From NCBI GenBank assembly GCA_963600795.1, contig CAVCDF010000108.1, positions 3,971 through 67,970 on the forward strand: 64,000 nt of DNA, in the 5' to 3' direction. This stretch comes from Anaerotignum sp. (GTDB lineage: Bacteria; Bacteroidota; Bacteroidia; Bacteroidales; UBA932). Both the position numbers and the translations under genes were made by a program. Positions 62,652 through 64,000 of this stretch are shown here, piece by piece; the first letter of the stretch is position 1, and every line of letters begins with the position of its first letter. Under the pieces are notes generated by a model. The model saw nothing but the letters and a program-made list of their open reading frames with translations, did not search any database and was not told where the DNA came from.

Positions 62652-64000
62652 CTATCTCACGCCCCATTCAGAAGGCTGAGGTCCCATTTCAAGTTCGAGG
62701 GTTCCACCTGCCGCAATATCCTTGTAATCGATGAAGCATTCGTCCAGCGCCTTCCCGTTGAGGGTGGCGCTTTGGATGTAGATGTTCTCCGGACTGTTCC
62801 CGCGCGCAATGACAGTGAAGTTCTTGCCGGAAGCATAGACCGGATCCGTCTTTATCACTATCCTGTCAAAGACAGGACTCGTGATCTCCATCCGGGTGTC
62901 GCCCGGGCAGGAAGGATGAAGGCCGGAAGCGGAAAGCACATACCAGGCTGACATCTGGCCTACGTCGTCGTTGCCCACCAGACCTGTCATCATGTCGTCC
63001 GAATAGGCGTGGCTGCAGATGAAACGTGTCCATTTCTGGGTGTTCCACGGCTCGCCCAGGCGATTGAACAGGAACGGCACAAGATGCACCGGTTCGTTGG
63101 CGTGGTTGTAATAGTCGTTCCACATCATATTGTCCGGAGTCTTCTCGAAGAACTCCGTCAGGTCGGCAAGAGTCCTTTCGCGGCCGCCCATCAGTTCCGC
63201 CATACCTTCCGGATCGTGAGGCACGAACCAGCCCTGCTGATAGGGGTTGCTCTCGATGCAGCCGTAGCCGTGCCTGGTCCTGGCGCTGTCCGGCCATTCG
63301 CCCCAGGAACCGTCGGCGCGGCGCAGCCTGAACCAGCCCTTCCCGCCATCGAATATGTTCCGGTACGCCTGTCCCCTCTCCCGATAGAGAGCCGCGTCCT
63401 CCGTCTTGCCCAGAGCGTCGGCCAGTCTTGAGATGCACCAGTCAAAGTAGGCATATTCAAGGGTCTCGGAGATGCCGTTGGAAGACGGCGACCACCCGAG
63501 AGGCCAGTTGCCGAACTTCGCGTCGGAATTGACGGCATAGCGGTAAGCCTCCTGCACATCGTAATTCCTGCAGATGCCTTTAAGGTAGGCGTCTGCAAGC
63601 ACGGAGACTGCAGGATTCCCTATCATGCATCCTGAATATGCATTCAGAAACTCCCACCTTTCATAATATTCTCTTCCGCTCTCCCTTGCCAGAGAGACAA
63701 GCGACTCGAGGACATCGTCGACAACCCCCGGATTGATGATGGTCTGCAGAGGCATCTCGCTCCTGAAGACATCCCAGCCGCTGAATATGGTCCTTTTGAC
63801 GAATTTTCCTGAAGCCTCGTGAGGTTTCAGGTCACCGCCGACATAGCGGCCGTCCACGTCGGCATAGATTCTCGGATCGATCATCGAATGGTAAAGAGCC
63901 GTGTAGAAAGTGGTCTTTTCGGCATCGGAACCTCCGGCTATGCCGATCTTGGAAAGCTCCGAGTTCCAGCTGTCATAGGCTTCAGCCTTGATCCGGTCGA
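62652..64000 (-). CDS. GH92 alpha-mannosidase; 5' end outside the window
   Basis: Frame is open to the window edge; FYTALYH, FSGWDVFR, ESNPYQQ, NHANEP, GNDDVGQMSAWY. Confidence 0.92.
   Translation of the reverse strand, partial: DRIKAEAYDSWNSELSKIGIAGGSDAEKTTFYTALYHSMIDPRIYADVDGRYVGGDLKPHEASGKFVKRTIFSGWDVFRSEMPLQTIINPGVVDDVLESLVSLARESGREYYERWEFLNAYSGCMIGNPAVSVLADAYLKGICRNYDVQEAYRYAVNSDAKFGNWPLGWSPSSNGISETLEYAYFDWCISRLADALGKTEDAALYRERGQAYRNIFDGGKGWFRLRRADGSWGEWPDSARTRHGYGCIESNPYQQGWFVPHDPEGMAELMGGRERTLADLTEFFEKTPDNMMWNDYYNHANEPVHLVPFLFNRLGEPWNTQKWTRFICSHAYSDDMMTGLVGNDDVGQMSAWYVLSASGLHPSCPGDTRMEITSPVFDRIVIKTDPVYASGKNFTVIARGNSPENIYIQSATLNGKALDECFIDYKDIAAGGTLELEMGPQPSEWGVR

Noticed and set aside
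53875..64000. One polysaccharide utilization locus joining SusC/D with GH92
   Set aside because: GH92 is on the opposite strand, convergent, and separated by an antiporter.
1..64000. CRISPR array, IS element, rRNA or known defence system
   Set aside because: No regularly spaced repeats, transposase, cas or rRNA sequence was seen. The repeats found are short tandem duplications without spacers.

Overview
Bacteroidales chromosomal DNA, about 55% GC by eye. The assignment rests on TAnnTTTG-type promoters, A-rich starts without a Shine-Dalgarno motif and a SusC/SusD pair; an RC9/UBA932-like lineage is only a guess. The window is mostly housekeeping and accessory metabolism. It holds GH3, hpf, xerC, an AGE-family epimerase, two GH92 genes, tRNA-Asn and a P-type ATPase, then an argR-GNAT-argG-C-D-F'-B operon, an NfeD/flotillin/XRE module, GH127, a tandem esterase and an M16 peptidase with ECF sigma and XRE. 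Further on are LysR, a ferredoxin absent from the ORF track, parE, lipid and glycosyl transferases, purC, recX, a PlpD-like patatin, rlmN, recA, tdk, rsmI, a ComEA-like gene, a SusC/D locus with two lipoproteins and no CAZyme, and a CPA2 antiporter. No CRISPR, IS or prophage was seen. The most notable signals are six. (1) The hexamer GAATAT/ATATTC is about 7-fold over-represented on both strands and in several reading frames (hand count). (2) A stand-alone Mom/Hef-like GNAT gene sits among housekeeping genes. (3) RecA lacks 4 conserved residues at loop L1. (4) A 1-nt frameshift removes the catalytic-His motif of the epimerase. (5) Two XRE paralogs share a 21-bp-phased operator-like motif. (6) The SusC/D locus looks non-glycan and includes a 71-aa lipoprotein. 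All family calls come from motif recognition, not database searches.
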